The notes under the pieces were generated by a model. The model saw nothing but the letters and a program-made list of their open reading frames with translations. It was not told where the DNA came from and did not search any database. 64,000 bases of DNA from Eledone cirrhosa (Eukaryota), in assembly GCA_964016885.1 (NCBI GenBank), contig OZ024743.1, positions 184,884,001-184,948,000 of the forward strand, written 5' to 3'. Made by a program: the position numbers and the translations under genes. The stretch's first letter is position 1; each line of letters starts with the position of its first letter. This document shows, one piece after another, positions 38,650-51,588 of this stretch.

Positions 38650-39066
38650 GGGCGGTGGATTGGCAGTATCGGTAGAGGGTCGGACGCCATGCTTTGTAGC
38701 ATAGTTACGTCTCTTTACGATCTGAGTTCAAATCTCGCCGAGGGTAACTTTGCCTTTCATCCTTACGGGGTCGATAAAATAAAGTACCAGTAATGCACTG
38801 GGTAATTGCTGGCCTTGTGCCTAAAGTAGAAACAATTATTTACGTTGGCGGTGGATTGGCAGTATCGGTAGAGGGTCGGATGCCATGCTTTGCAGCATAG
38901 TTACGTCCCTTTACGGTCTGAGTTCAAATCCCGCCGAGGTTGACTTTGCCTTTCATCCTTACGGGGTCGATAAAATAAAGTGCCAGTAATGCACTGAGGT
39001 CGATTTAATCAACTTTCCTTTTTCCCAAAAATTGTTGGCCTTGTGCCTAAATCAGAAACCATTATT
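38650..39066 (+). mobile_element. Two tandem young Nin-domain tRNA SINEs
   Basis: GGCGGTGGATTGGCAGTATCGGTAGAG head, B-box and Nin-like core. ATTATTTACG is repeated on both sides of the first copy. Confidence 0.88.
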
Positions 39067-40119
39067 GTATGTAATGGTGCAATAAATAACAAACTGCTTC
39101 AACTATCATGATTTTAGGTATGTATGAATATGTTATCAGTGCTGTGGGTCTTTTATTAGAAAACCTGGTACTTATTCCTCCTGACAACTAACTAAATAGG
39201 TTTGTAAACCTCTCAGATCTCAATCAGGTGAATGACAACAACCTGAGAACAACTTATACGCAAGAAGAAGATTGAATAAAATGTCCTGCCCAGAAACAAA
39301 AAATGAAATGGTAGTTCAAATACCTTATCCAGGGACCCCATCCCCTGAAACGTTTTAGACAATAGACTCCTTTTGAAATCCTTAACCTCCTCATTGACAC
39401 CCAGACACCCAAAAATAAAGAAGTAAATAAATCAGTAAACAAAATATATAAAGAGACAGCATTGTATTTTACTGAATTATTTTATACAAATGTCATGTTT
39501 TGGTCAAAAAGTTCAATCAAACACTTGGGTAGTTCTATCAATGCTTAGGGATCAATATGGACTAGTTTGGAGACCCCTCACCTAATCCATTTGACCATTT
39601 CACTCCTACATGCAACAAATACTTTTTTGTTAACTTGAAGATGGTAATTAATATAAATCCATGTTGTTGCTGCTGCTGTCATCTCTGTAAATATTGTGCC
39701 AGAACACAAGAGATGTAACCAACCAATCAAACTGTTTTGATCCACAAACTCAGTAAGACAATGTTTATCTCAGAAAATAATATTCATACATATATGCCTT
39801 AAAATGTGTTGGTCTTGTAATGATAATAATGATAACAACAAAAGTAGTAAAAGCAACAAATATGCATCAACATATGCAGCTACAAGGTGATTTTCTCTGG
39901 AGTTGAAGAGCAGCACTTCAAGTGTTACACAACTTTTAAACAAAGCATTAATTTGAAGTTTAGATTTATTTATATAACTCATTACAAGTAGTTGAATGAA
40001 AGTAAACAGTTTGGTCAAATAGTAAAAGTAAAACGAGGTTAAGAAGAATCTAACCATACATGGACAGATGTATGCAATTTGTGCAGACACCTTATCTTAA
40101 ATCATTTTTTGTTTCTACT

Positions 40120-40604
40120 TTAAGCAGAAGTCCAGCAATTTACAAGGGAGTGTTGATTAAATTGATCTATATTATTTTATCAACTCCTGAATGATCAAAG
40201 TTGAAGTTGATCTCAGCAGGATTTGAACTTAGAATGTAGACTAGGGAAGAAATGCTGAAAGCGTATCTCAAAATGTTACCTCAAAAGGGAGATGACAAAT
40301 GAAAGAAACAAGTGGAAGGACATGCTAACCCATGTAAACATACTAAAAACACATAAAAATGATGCCTATGATGATGGATAGTATTGAAAAGAAAAGAAAA
40401 CATAAATCAGCCATTGCTGGCCAGAAAATACATTTAAATGATTAATTAGTCAGATTATTGAAAAAATAGTAATATGACTGTGGTCTTGGTTATATATAAC
40501 TAAAAATGAAAACTGAATCATTGCTAGCACTCATATTAGATATTTTTATCAACTGCCAATTCCATAAATAAGGATTATAAGCAAATTCATTTTAAGGAGA
40601 GAGA
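40120..40604 (+). repeat. ~490-bp dispersed direct repeat, copy 2
   Basis: Matches 29385-29882. Confidence 0.85.
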
Positions 40605-41655
40605 GGGAGAGAGAGAATACCTGTTCAGTCACTGTAGTAAGTGACAATGGTAATATGAGTCTAATAGCTTACTGAGTCATAAGGGCTCCTCTTAAAAATG
40701 TTATATTCAGTATCTAGGGCAAGTCAGTAAGACAGTTTATACCCCTCCATACAACACTCATAAGAATTCAGCATTATAGGATAATGGAATAATTATACAG
40801 TGCTCTAGATGCTTATAGGGCTGAGTTGATACTATGCTTAGTACGGTGAACAAACAAGGTAACAAGGTCATTTGAAAGTTAATTGTAATGGTCATGGACA
40901 CACTGTGAAGCCCTTTTTGGTTGGCAGATTAATATTTTACCATAGCTGGCCTCAGTTTGCAATGCTATGGATACAGAGGTTGGAGCTGGCTCAACCCATC
41001 CTGGGTGAACACTGACATCAACCTTCAGCAGCTCCTTCACCTATTGCAGCTTCCATAATCAGTTGTATTCTCATTATCAGGTGATTAGCCTCAGCCATCA
41101 GTGGAATATTTTAAATCTCTAGGTGGAATTAGAATATGCAGAACACACTGAGTTAGAACAGATATCAATCATCTCATCCAATGCTCAAACAATATAAGCA
41201 ATCAATCCAACACCACTGGAATAGTACTTTATTTTATCAACCCTGAAAGGATGAAAGGCAAAGTTGACCTCAATGAGATTTGAACTTGGAGTCCAGCCAG
41301 ATGGAACAAATACCAGAGTACTTAATCTGATGCCCTAACCACTCTACCAATTTGCTGCATAATTATATGTAATTTGCCTATCTCAAAAGATTTTAACAAT
41401 TTGTTAGGGAAGTTAACATGCAATATACAGAGTAAAGAGTTAGTTGCTTTACAAAAAGATTGTAACAGCTGGAATGACAAAACATAGGGAAAGGGGTAAG
41501 TACGAGTCTAATAAGTTATTTAGTTAATTAAAGAACAACTTTATTTTCTACAGGTTAACTTTAGCATGCTGATGCTTTTGTCACATTACTATATATTGAA
41601 CCCCAGAATTTGATATGAACAACTGAACAGTAATCAAAGAAGTCAATTGAAATAA

Positions 41656-42760
41656 TCTATATATATAAAACTGATGTGTGTGTGTCCTCATTCTTGCAAA
41701 GTCTATACAAATCCACATTTCTACTCCGATTGACTTCAAACTTGCATTTATATATTCCTTGCGGTCTAAAGATATTAACTGCAGCTTTTATTTTTCAATT
41801 TTCTGTTGTTAAAGGGGTGTTAGGCGCCGGTTATCAATCTCCGTAGCGCTCTTATAATAACTGTCTGTATGCCTGGCTGTCTGCATTACGACATTCTGAC
41901 GAACATTGATGACGTATTATGTTCGCTATTATCCGTTCATTGCCAGGGAACGTCTTCACGAACCAAAGTATCGTCTTCCTGTTTTTCTTTGGTTGCAACG
42001 TTTTTCGAAATATTTACTGCTGCGTTCACAGATTGATGTTTTTAGTTTCAGAAGATCCCATTAAGGGTGAAAGCAACGATTCTTTGCTTAAATTTTAATC
42101 TGTTATTTTAATCTATATATGTATATATATATATAACTGAGGAAGGATGTATGTGTATATGAAGGGGGGGGGGGGGGTGAACCTGAGAAGTACCCAACCG
42201 ATTATTTTCAAACTTTACATGTGTATTACTTATGTTTCAGGGAGTGTTATGCACATAAAAATTCAACTTTTTGATCTCCTATGGCCCGCATTAGGCGAAA
42301 AACTGCGTTTTTTAATCTTTTTAGGGTTTTTTTGAAGCGTTACCTCAGACCGATTTCCTTGAAATTGTAACTATGTATTAGTCAGTCTCTTCTTCATACC
42401 GTGAACAAAGAAAATCCAACTTTTTTATGGTCTAGGGCCCGCATTAGGTGAAAAACATTTTCTTTCAGCTTTTTAGGGCTTTTTTGAGGCGTTACGTTTA
42501 GCCGATTTTCCCGAAATTTCAAGGCATATTATGCACATAAAAAAAAATTCATTTTCTTGATCCCCTAGGGGCCCGCATTAGGTGAAAACCTGCATTTTTC
42601 CTGCTTCATCGAGGAAAATCTTAAAGATTATCCAGCCATCAAAGTATTCGGTTTATTTTCTTTACATATTGTCCAGGCATGCACTTTTCCACAATTAGGT
42701 CTGTTGGCAGCCCACGTTCCAAAATACCTTATCCCGTGCAACGTCGGGTGCCACTGCTAG
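41656..42760 (+). mobile_element. Non-autonomous Helitron-like element, copy 2
   Basis: A|TC start, hairpin CCCGTGCAACGTCGGG, CTAG|T end; colinear with 4816-5847. Confidence 0.85.
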
Positions 42761-42953
42761 TTATCAATAAAAGACCAGTCTAATATACAGATAAATCCAT
42801 TGTGGCTTAGGTGGTTAACTTGATCACTGAATCAATTTTTTGGTTCTATAGATTTTCTTTTTTAGTAGCGGATACATTGCAACAATTTCTCATTGCTTTC
42901 TTCATCTAGGTAGTAGGCATGAAACCTAATATTATTTCCAAAACATCTGATAC

Positions 42954-42988
42954 CTGTTTTCAATATCTTTGTGAATTGACTGAGACAT
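42954..42988 (-). CDS. Candidate alternative first coding exon (MSQSIHKDIEN, phase-2 donor)
   Basis: ATG at 42988 is open to CAG|GTATCA at 42954/42953, within a unique-looking block (42950-43270). Confidence 0.22.
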
Positions 42989-43899
42989 ACGGGTTACATT
43001 ATCCCACCAAGAAATACAAGAAAATGCATACAAAACCAACAAATAATCCCTGATACTGGTGGTGGCAAACCTCTTGCCAGCAGGCAAAATTTCACTGGTA
43101 TTCAGCAAATAAATTTTCAAAGTTCACTTTTCAATCCTTAATTCATTCCATATCACTGTGCAAGCCTTCATTTGTGCAACAAATGACACAAACTGAATAA
43201 CTTGTTTCATAGTTAATTCCATTATCATCATTAGCAGCAAAACCACCCTTCGGGTGGTTTTCTGCTGGCATGTGTAGTGTGTATATTGATATTATACACA
43301 AATATATATACATGTAGATATGATACATCAAATAATTGACAATATATACAGAAATTATAATATATACAGAAATTGAACAAAGTCTATGTTACACTGTCTT
43401 CTGTAATCAGTAAAGTAATCCATGATACATTTTAAAAAAGACGATATTATATATAAACTGCATTAGGAGAAAATTAGCGACGGAAATATATGCAATATTT
43501 TTATAAGTGTTATAATATAATGGTCGCTAACCGGAAGTGTTGACATTTGAAAATTTTAAAGAAGTGAATCTTTAAATAAGCTATAAAATATATTTAATCA
43601 ACAGCCACGAAATTTAGTAGATAAATTATGTAATATTCATTCATTATTTATTCAAAGTAATCCAACTTATTTTACAAACGAGTAAAAAGAAATATTCTGG
43701 ACACAGTCCCGCACTCCTTTCTTTATTATAGTTAAGATTTAATGTTTTCTCTGCTAGCAAGGATTGGATGGGTTACACCAGCCAAGTCAGTATTTAATCA
43801 GTGCTACTGACCTTTCAGATGGGCTGGAGAGGGATACATCTCATATGTTGCCACACTCTATTGGGTGCATTTTATTATAGCACCAGTAGTACGGAGATT

Positions 43900-44175
43900 G
43901 TCAACTGTATTCATTGCCAACTCTCACCTTGCTGGTTGTACCTCTGTACATAGCTTACATAGCCCTCATGAGCCATTTATCTATACCTGATTCCTTAGCA
44001 CCCATCAGATTACTGTGAGAGACACTGTCAAAGGACTTCTCCAAATCCACAACTTCCAAGTACAGAGGATTACTTTTAGTCAAGTACATCTGCAGTTGTC
44101 TCACAAAGAAGAGGGCATTGATAGTACCCCTACCTGACATAAAGCTGAACTGCATCACATCTAGCTTGATTCTGT
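43900..44175 (-). mobile_element. Old RTE RT fragment
   Basis: MQFSFMSGRGTINALFFVRQLQ...VDLEKSFD. Confidence 0.8.
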
Positions 44176-45741
44176 CGCAATGTTCAACTTATAAAGCCCC
44201 CAACCACTCTCAAGCACAAAGTGTAAATTAAACCAAATTCTACTGTTTCCTTTACCTTAAAGTTTGATCTGATAAAATCCAGTGAATCTATATATTATCA
44301 GAAATACTTTGCATATTTTTTCCTAAATGTAAATTTATCTAAAAGACCAAAAGAGCTTTGAACTTAAACATTGAATGTTTAACAGAGGAATGCTGTATAA
44401 CCTAAATGAAATGTAAAAACATCTAAGTCAGGAATGGCTGAACATATTTGGTATGAGATAGGAAAATATATACCAATATAGAACAAAATGCCTGTAATTG
44501 ATATAGAAGCACAATTAAGGATTGTGATATGATTATGATCCTAATTAGCAGTTAAATATCCATGTTTTCATGTGTTACTTTTGTTGATACTGTTTATTCC
44601 TGCATAGGTTTAGCAGCCTCATATGAGGATGCATCTCATAGGTTGTTTAAAAATAGGGGCCTCAGTCCTACCATATGTTGGCTTGATAATTGTTATTTAG
44701 TACCAGGTAAGGCCTGCTTAAGTAAACTTATGATTAAAAGGTGTTCAAACGGTGACCATCCCATCTTTTCTTTTAGTCAAACACAGGATCTATGATTGCA
44801 TTATCAAATATGTTCTTTTCTTTTGTGAGATGGCAGAGTTATTTTAACAGTTTCCTCACCATATTTCTAATGAAAGATACTACCTATATAATAATCAAGA
44901 ATTAGAAGGATTTACTAATATATCTAACTTTCTCGTTTTCAAGCTGGTATTTGGCATATAACTTAAGGAAGGATCTTATATCAAATTATGTAGGAAAGTT
45001 TTTTTTTTAGAAAAATATAAACATTTTAAAATAATAGTTTTGTATTTTAGAATTAAGGGCCGTTTCTGGCAGTTTGGTATGAAAAGGGTTGAGAGAAATT
45101 TGATTGTTATTTCTAGCAGATTGTGTGGCTGGATAGTGGCTCTCTCATTGTGTTGTGGATTGTTGCTTTGCTTGGTGAAGGTTTTATTCATAGATTGTCT
45201 TCCTAGTGTCAGCTAGTGTAATTGATTTGAGTGCATCTACATGCTTCTTTGAATCAATAATAAAAAAAATGATAATGGTTTCTTCATAAATGTTATGAAT
45301 ATCCTAATGCATACACATACTTTTTTTCTTTTACTGGTTTCAGTCATTGGATTGCAACCATGCAAGGACAACAATCTTCAAAGGATTTCATTGATCATAT
45401 TGATCCCAGTACTCATTTTATCAGTCTCTATTTGACAAACTGCTAACTTATGGAGCATAATGTAGACAACATAATCACACACATCCTACACTCACATGCA
45501 ACATATCATCACCATTTAACATCCATTTTCCCTGTTAGCAAGGGTTGGACAAACTGTCAAAGACCAAATCAGTAGTTAATCAAAGCTACTAACTTAAAGG
45601 ACAGGCAAAGGCCACATCTCAATTTACAGACATTCCCATAATCTACAGAGGGCACCAGATTCATTTTATTGTGACACCAGTACTAGGGAAGCTGTCATGT
45701 GTTTGACATAACTGACGAGTCCTTTCGACCCTTTGTTTGGC

Positions 45742-46221
45742 AAGTAACAGCCGTACTAAGAGTGGGAAATGAAATTTCATTTCATTTTTTCCGTTTATCG
45801 TTTTCGGTGCACCCGGCCGATTAACCCACTCGATATGCAAATTGGGCTACTCAGCCGTTAATATGCATAAGGTAAGTATATACGTTCAACAATCTGGCAG
45901 GAAGGAATACGTTGCTGATGATAGCTAATAAGCTTGAAACTAGTACAGCGTTCCTTTGTCAGTGTTGAACAAACGAGCAACGATGGTTGCTAGACACTAC
46001 GGCTTAAAACGGGATGTTTGTTTACAAACACACCGAGCATTATAATAAATGTTCGGTGAATCCATACGTATATATATATATGTGTGCATGTGTGTATATA
46101 TATATATACATACTACTGTATGTCTGTATACATATATGTATGTACGTGTACATACTTATATTTAAGTAACAGCCGTACTAAGAGTGGGAAATGAAATTTC
46201 ATTTCATTTTTTCCGTTTATC
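45742..46221 (+). mobile_element. Retrozyme/pLTR-like unit with 58-bp terminal direct repeats and an internal hammerhead
   Basis: Identical 58-mer at 45742-45799 and 46164-46221, hammerhead at 45894-45962, (TA)n adjacent. Confidence 0.65.
45894..45962 (+). ncRNA. Minimal type I hammerhead ribozyme with intact core
   Basis: Stem I CTGGCAGGAAGGAATACGTTG/CAGCGTTCCTTTGTCAG; CTGATGA at 45915-45921; stem II AGC/GCT; GAAA at 45936-45939; palindrome ACTAGT; predicted GUA cleavage after 45945. Confidence 0.85.
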
Positions 46222-46233
46222 ATATATATATAA

Positions 46234-46310
<77 letters not shown>

Positions 46311-46501
46311 AATGTAAATGTGGTTGGTGTTAGGAAAGGCACCCAGCCGTAGAAAACCTGCCAGATAGTCCTATACGAGCGAGACACGGTCACCCAATCA
46401 ATCTTGCCTCAGGGACAATTCCTGTCTAACCCAAGCTAGCGTGGAAGATAGATATTAAATAATGATGATGATGAGATATATATATATTACATGCATATAT
46501 A

Positions 46502-46800
46502 CAGTGGAAGCTCTGTTCACAAATCCCTTTCATCATGAACAAATTGGTTCACAAACAATATTTCCATTTATAAAACATCGCCGTTGACAAATGGTTTCTC
46601 AAGCAACGAACATGCAAACCAGCAATAAGCTGGGAATATTAAAAGTAAAGCATCACTTACTGTGGAGTTAGTTACTATGGTGATATCAGTCTGTCTTTCA
46701 CACACAGTCTCTCTCTCAACATTTAGTTTTGGGTTACAAACATTTCGGATGATGAATGACCTTCAGGAACGAATTAATTTTGTGAACCAAGGTTCCACTG
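46502..46800. mobile_element. Tigger/pogo-like MITE
   Basis: 22-bp TIRs CAGTGGAAGCTCTGTTCACAAA / TTTGTGAACCAAGGTTCCACTG, with TA on the left flank. Confidence 0.75.
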
Positions 46801-46883
46801 TGTCATATATATATATATATATATATAAGTACAAATTCCACTCCGAGACAAGTTTTGCTCGATACATATTCAAACTAATACAT

Positions 46884-46918
<35 letters not shown>

Positions 46919-47133
46919 TACATACACATATATAACATCAACAACTTCCACATAAAAGTGGTTGGCATCCAACTGTTGAAACCAACCCAGAAACAATTCT
47001 GTGTGAGCAAGACACGGTTTATCTGGCCTGACTTGTTTCACAATAGGACAACTCATCTAACCCATGGTAGGGTGGAAAAACGGATGTTGAACGTTCATTA
47101 TGATGATGATGATGTTGAAATTATATATATATA

Positions 47134-47406
47134 TGCATAACTACAGTTTAATGCCCCTCCCCTGACATTGTTTCTTCATAACTTTCTTAACGTATATCTT
47201 TTTAATAATATTTTGCAGATAAATTTTCGAAGGTGTAGATTACTATGTCAATGAAATTTTTAAAAAAGATTATAATTTTTTAAAAAAATGATCAACATAA
47301 TCGTATTTTGCATCATGGAAAGGTATTTTTTGCAAAAATCTGCATAATTAAGAAGGTTACAAAGAAAAATTTGATGGGTGGAGGGTGTGTTAAACTGTAG
47401 TTATGC
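47134..47406. mobile_element. MITE with ~27-bp TIRs
   Basis: TGCATAACTACAGTTTAATGCCCCTCC ... GGAGGGTGTGTTAAACTGTAGTTATGCA. Confidence 0.75.
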
Positions 47407-47497
47407 ACACATACACACTATATGTGCATTTATCAAGACTATATATCTCCCTGCTTTTTTTGAGGCTAGAGTAATCTAGAATCTTATAGATTTCTCT

Positions 47498-47693
47498 TTA
47501 TATTTATGAGCTGATGAAGCTCATTTGCATACAGAGCGATAGCTGGCCAGGCTTAAATAAAAAAAATTCAATATACATTACTTACATTTATATGAATACC
47601 GCTATGTAAGAGCACCAATACAATTTTTTTTAATTTAAGCCTGGCCAGCTACCACTCCGTATGCAAATGAGTTTCATCAGCTCATAAACATAA
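47498..47693. repeat. Inverted repeat with ~70-bp arms
   Basis: TTTATGAGCTGATGAAGCTCATTTGCATAC...GCTGGCCAGGCTTAAAT recurs as its reverse complement at 47622-47693. Confidence 0.85.
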
Positions 47694-47768
47694 GCAGAAC
47701 CCTTGAAAGGCTGCCAGAACACATAAGCCGAAACCACTTGCCGTCACAGTCGGGCTCATACCTCTTTA

Positions 47769-48759
47769 TCTCTCTCTATATAAAATTCTTTGTCTGTGTC
47801 TGTGTCTGTTCCTATGCATTCTCTAACGGTTGGACCAAATCAAATCAAATTTTACAAGGTAATAATATTAGACCACAGGAGTGTCAACATGTAATTTTTA
47901 TTTTCATTTGGATTTTTAAAAATAGGTTATTTTAGTTAAAATATTATATCTATAGTGAACTATAGTAAACCACGACAACGATGACCACCACAATGAGTGT
48001 GTGTGTGTTTACGAGTTCCTTACACACGTTAGGCCTCAGAGAATTAAACACACATCTACACAATTAAACACACACACACATCTACACATACAGATATATA
48101 TTTGATGACAGACAGGTGTACATGAATGTATGTCTGTGTGTGTCTGTTTTAGTATATGTATGTGAGTGTGTTAACGTTAGGCCTCAGAGAATTAAACATA
48201 CACATACATATAGCGTTAGTAAGTTGCATACACATTATCTTCATACACAGACAATTAAACACACACATCTACACATAGATACATATGTGATGACAGACAG
48301 GTGTGTGTGAATATATGTCTGTGTGTGTCTTAGTGTATGTATGTGAGTGTGTGTGTGTGAGCAACAATTTATTCATTTGGACACCCCAAAAAAATGACAA
48401 TGAATATTGTTTACCCTAAGGTGCTTCAAGATTGACAGATTTTCATTTCTAAATTCTATTATCATTACAATTTTGATATCTTTTTTATAAAATACTAGCA
48501 GAATGGCCCAGCGTTGCTTGGGATTTGCTCTAGAGTTCTTATATATTTGATATATATTTATCCTTATCTAGCCTCGTGAAATAAATACGTTTGTTTATAT
48601 TTTGTTATTGTGTATGCAAAAATATCTGTACACGAATATATAATTATTAAGATTAAAGTTTAAGCAAAGAGTCGCTGCTTTCACCCTTAACGGGATCTTC
48701 TGAAACTTAAAAAAAAATCAATCTATGAACGCAGAAGTAAATATTTCGAAAAACGTTAC

Positions 48760-48848
<89 letters not shown>

Positions 48849-49498
48849 TAGAAGGAGTATTTAATTATTTGTTGGAAGTCCGACAAATATAAATGTTTAT
48901 AACTGATTTAGAGCACTCAACAAGTTACTGGAGTAAATATTCAATGGTATTAAATAAATGGAAACTATATTTATAAAACCATATTTATTTTATTATATAT
49001 ATTTCTAGGGTACCAAGACAACATTGGTACGCTTTCATCAAAGAAAATACAATATATATATATACACATACACACACTATATATTATGTACACACACACC
49101 GCGTCATAATGTTGTAATGCAGACAGCCAGACATACAGACAGATATTATAAGGGCGCAACGTTATATCTATGTATCTATCTAAAAAGAGAAAGACTAAGA
49201 ATTATAGAGAGAGATCGCTAAATAGCCTAATGCGGTCCCTAGGGCATTAAAAATTTGAAATTTATTTTGCTCAAAACACTCACAGGACCATAAGTATTAC
49301 ACGTGTAAAGTTTGAAAACAATCGGTTGGGTGGTTCTCGAGTTTAAGTGAGCGGACAGACAGACAGACATTCTCTGTTTTAGATATAGAGATAGATATTT
49401 TGAAATAATTATGAGAAAAAAATACATATTCATATTTATTGTTTACTAATCTGAATAAGAACAACAGTAACCCTGGCAACGCCGGGTAATTCAGCTAG
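47769..49498 (+). mobile_element. Helitron-like element containing a nested opposite-strand Helitron (48495-49391), itself carrying a PLE terminal fragment
   Basis: Plus strand: A|TC...TATATAAAA start and CCCTGGCAACGCCGGG...CTAG|T end. Minus strand: TC start at 49391, with hairpin plus CTAG at 48495-48522. Internal segments match the 4816 family. Confidence 0.65.
48986..49049 (-). ncRNA. Type I hammerhead variant (TTGATGA) in a PLE terminal fragment (48845-49050) between (TA)n tracts
   Basis: Minus strand reads TATTTTCT-TTGATGA-AAGCGTACCAA...TTGGTACCCTA-GAAA-TATATA-TA-ATAAAATA. Confidence 0.7.
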
Positions 49499-50339
49499 TA
49501 TATATGATGGCTGCAAACTCTGCTAAGAGTACTGCAATCGCTTATCAGATTATAGAGTTTCGTGCACTTTCAGGCTACAGCCAGCCACACGAACCTGTAA
49601 CGTATCCTGAACAAGCAATGTCTGTGCTTTGAAGGTTTTTTTTAAGTGGGAAAAGGCCTTGCACTCAACTAATCCCATTTTCTGAGTATCAAAAACACTA
49701 CCCGAAAAGAAGAACTGATCAACATCAGCGGATGCTTCCGAAGCCACAGGTTTTTTTTCCAGAGTTTCCCTCTCCTAGAAAGGTGTTGTGACAACAACTG
49801 GGGGCGTTTCACTCCCAGGCAAAAAAAAAAAAAAGTATTATTTGGATGGTCGTTGACTCTGCTGAGTTTCCCCGCCCTTGTATTTCATCCCGCAGGGTGT
49901 CCAAATATCCCCCTCCTCACCGAGCAAAGCTTGGTGGGGCTGCCGGTTTAGTCGTTGACGACCTGACCATGAGACAGGTTGTACTGGGTTACATGTTACC
50001 AGTAGCACTTGAGAGAAACCTGACCATAATGTGTGTATCTAACCCATGCTAGCATGGAAAAATGGACATAAAACGGTGGTGATGTTGATGAAATTTGATT
50101 AAAATAACAGGAGGCGAGACTGGTAAAATCCCTTTAAAGTTTTATTGGATTTCACCTGTCAAGCCTCCTGTTATTTAAAACAAATTAATATCTAACTCCG
50201 TTCAACATAAACGATGGAGGAGTTGCGTAATGTAGAGTGTTTTCCTACTATTACATCATGATTAACTAAACGGAATGACCAGTTCTATCCATGGGTGAAC
50301 CACAAATCATAAATGTGTATGTGTGCGTGTGTACGCGTG

Positions 50340-51135
50340 TGTTCTGAAAGTACAGTAACCAGAGTGAGAATGGGATGGAAGAAGTTCAGGGAGCCATTAC
50401 CGCTGCTAGCTACAAAACGTTTTTTCCTCAAAATGAAGGGCAGATTATATGATGCATGTATATGAACAGCAATGTTACATGGCTGTGTGCAGAAGACCTG
50501 CGAAGATTTGAAAGAAATGAAGTTTGTATGCTTCAATGGATGTGTAATAGTACATAAACATTAAAGCATAAATGAACTGAGAAAGAAACTAGGTATAAGA
50601 AGGATCAGATGCAGTGTGCAGGATGACAGCTGTATAAAAAGATGCAGAGAGCTTCAAGTTCGTGGAAGCTATGGAGTAAGACCCAGAAAGACTTGGGATG
50701 AAGTGATAAAAGCTGACCTTGCAAAACTGCACCTCTCAAAGACAATGACACAGGACTCGGATCTCTGGGATTATGCAGTAATACGGAAGATCCACCTTCC
50801 CATGAGCACAGGCTGAAGCATACATCTAGTATGCACCACCTTCACCTCCATTCCAAGTCCTAACACACTGCCCCTATACCCATCTCACTAATCCCACACA
50901 CCTCCCCCACCCAAGTCCCTAGCCCACACTGTAAAGTGGTAGTGATGGCGACACGACATAAAGCAGTACACACTATGTGGTTGGTGTTAGGAAGGGCATC
51001 CAGCTACTGATACCAAGCAAAAATCAGTTCTGTATGAGCAAGACATGCTCATCTGATCTGGCTTATCTCACAACGGCACAACACGTCCAACCCATGCTAG
51101 CGAGGAAAAAATGGACGTTAAATGATGATGATGAT
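50340..51135 (+). mobile_element. Degenerate RTE 3' fragment with (GAT)n tail
   Basis: Matches the RTE C-terminus and 3' UTR. Confidence 0.85.
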
Positions 51136-51329
51136 ATATATACACAATGATATTAAATAAATGGAAACTATATTTATAAAACCATATTATTCTATTATAT
51201 ATATTTCAAGAGTACCAACACTTTGGTATAAAATACAAAGTTTGTTTTATAAATATTGACATAACCAGAAAGAAGATCTTAACGGTTCAAGTTTTTCCTG
51301 GATAGTCAAATTAAATATCCCTTTTGTTT

Positions 51330-51415
<86 letters not shown>

Positions 51416-51470
51416 GCTATTAAGTTAGACACGTAGACATGGTCTGAGCCAATACTGGCCGAAAGTTATC

Positions 51471-51505
<35 letters not shown>

Positions 51506-51588
51506 TATATATACAAATATATATATATATATGTTGATTTAAAATTCACTGCTCACAAGTATCTTTTAAGCTTCATATCATGTCTCCC

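Noticed and set aside
38650-38740. tRNA gene suggested by A/B boxes
   Set aside because: This is a SINE head: no complete cloverleaf was found and it continues into the repeated SINE core.
43460-43740. ETS motif CCGGAAGT as promoter evidence
   Set aside because: It lies in a segment that looks like an interspersed repeat, and a single motif is uninformative.
45712-45735. CTGACGA-GTC...GAC as a hammerhead
   Set aside because: No GAAA follows the stem and there is no stem I or III.
51160-51240. Another minus-strand hammerhead of the PLE family
   Set aside because: The CTGATGA half is deleted, leaving only a terminal remnant.
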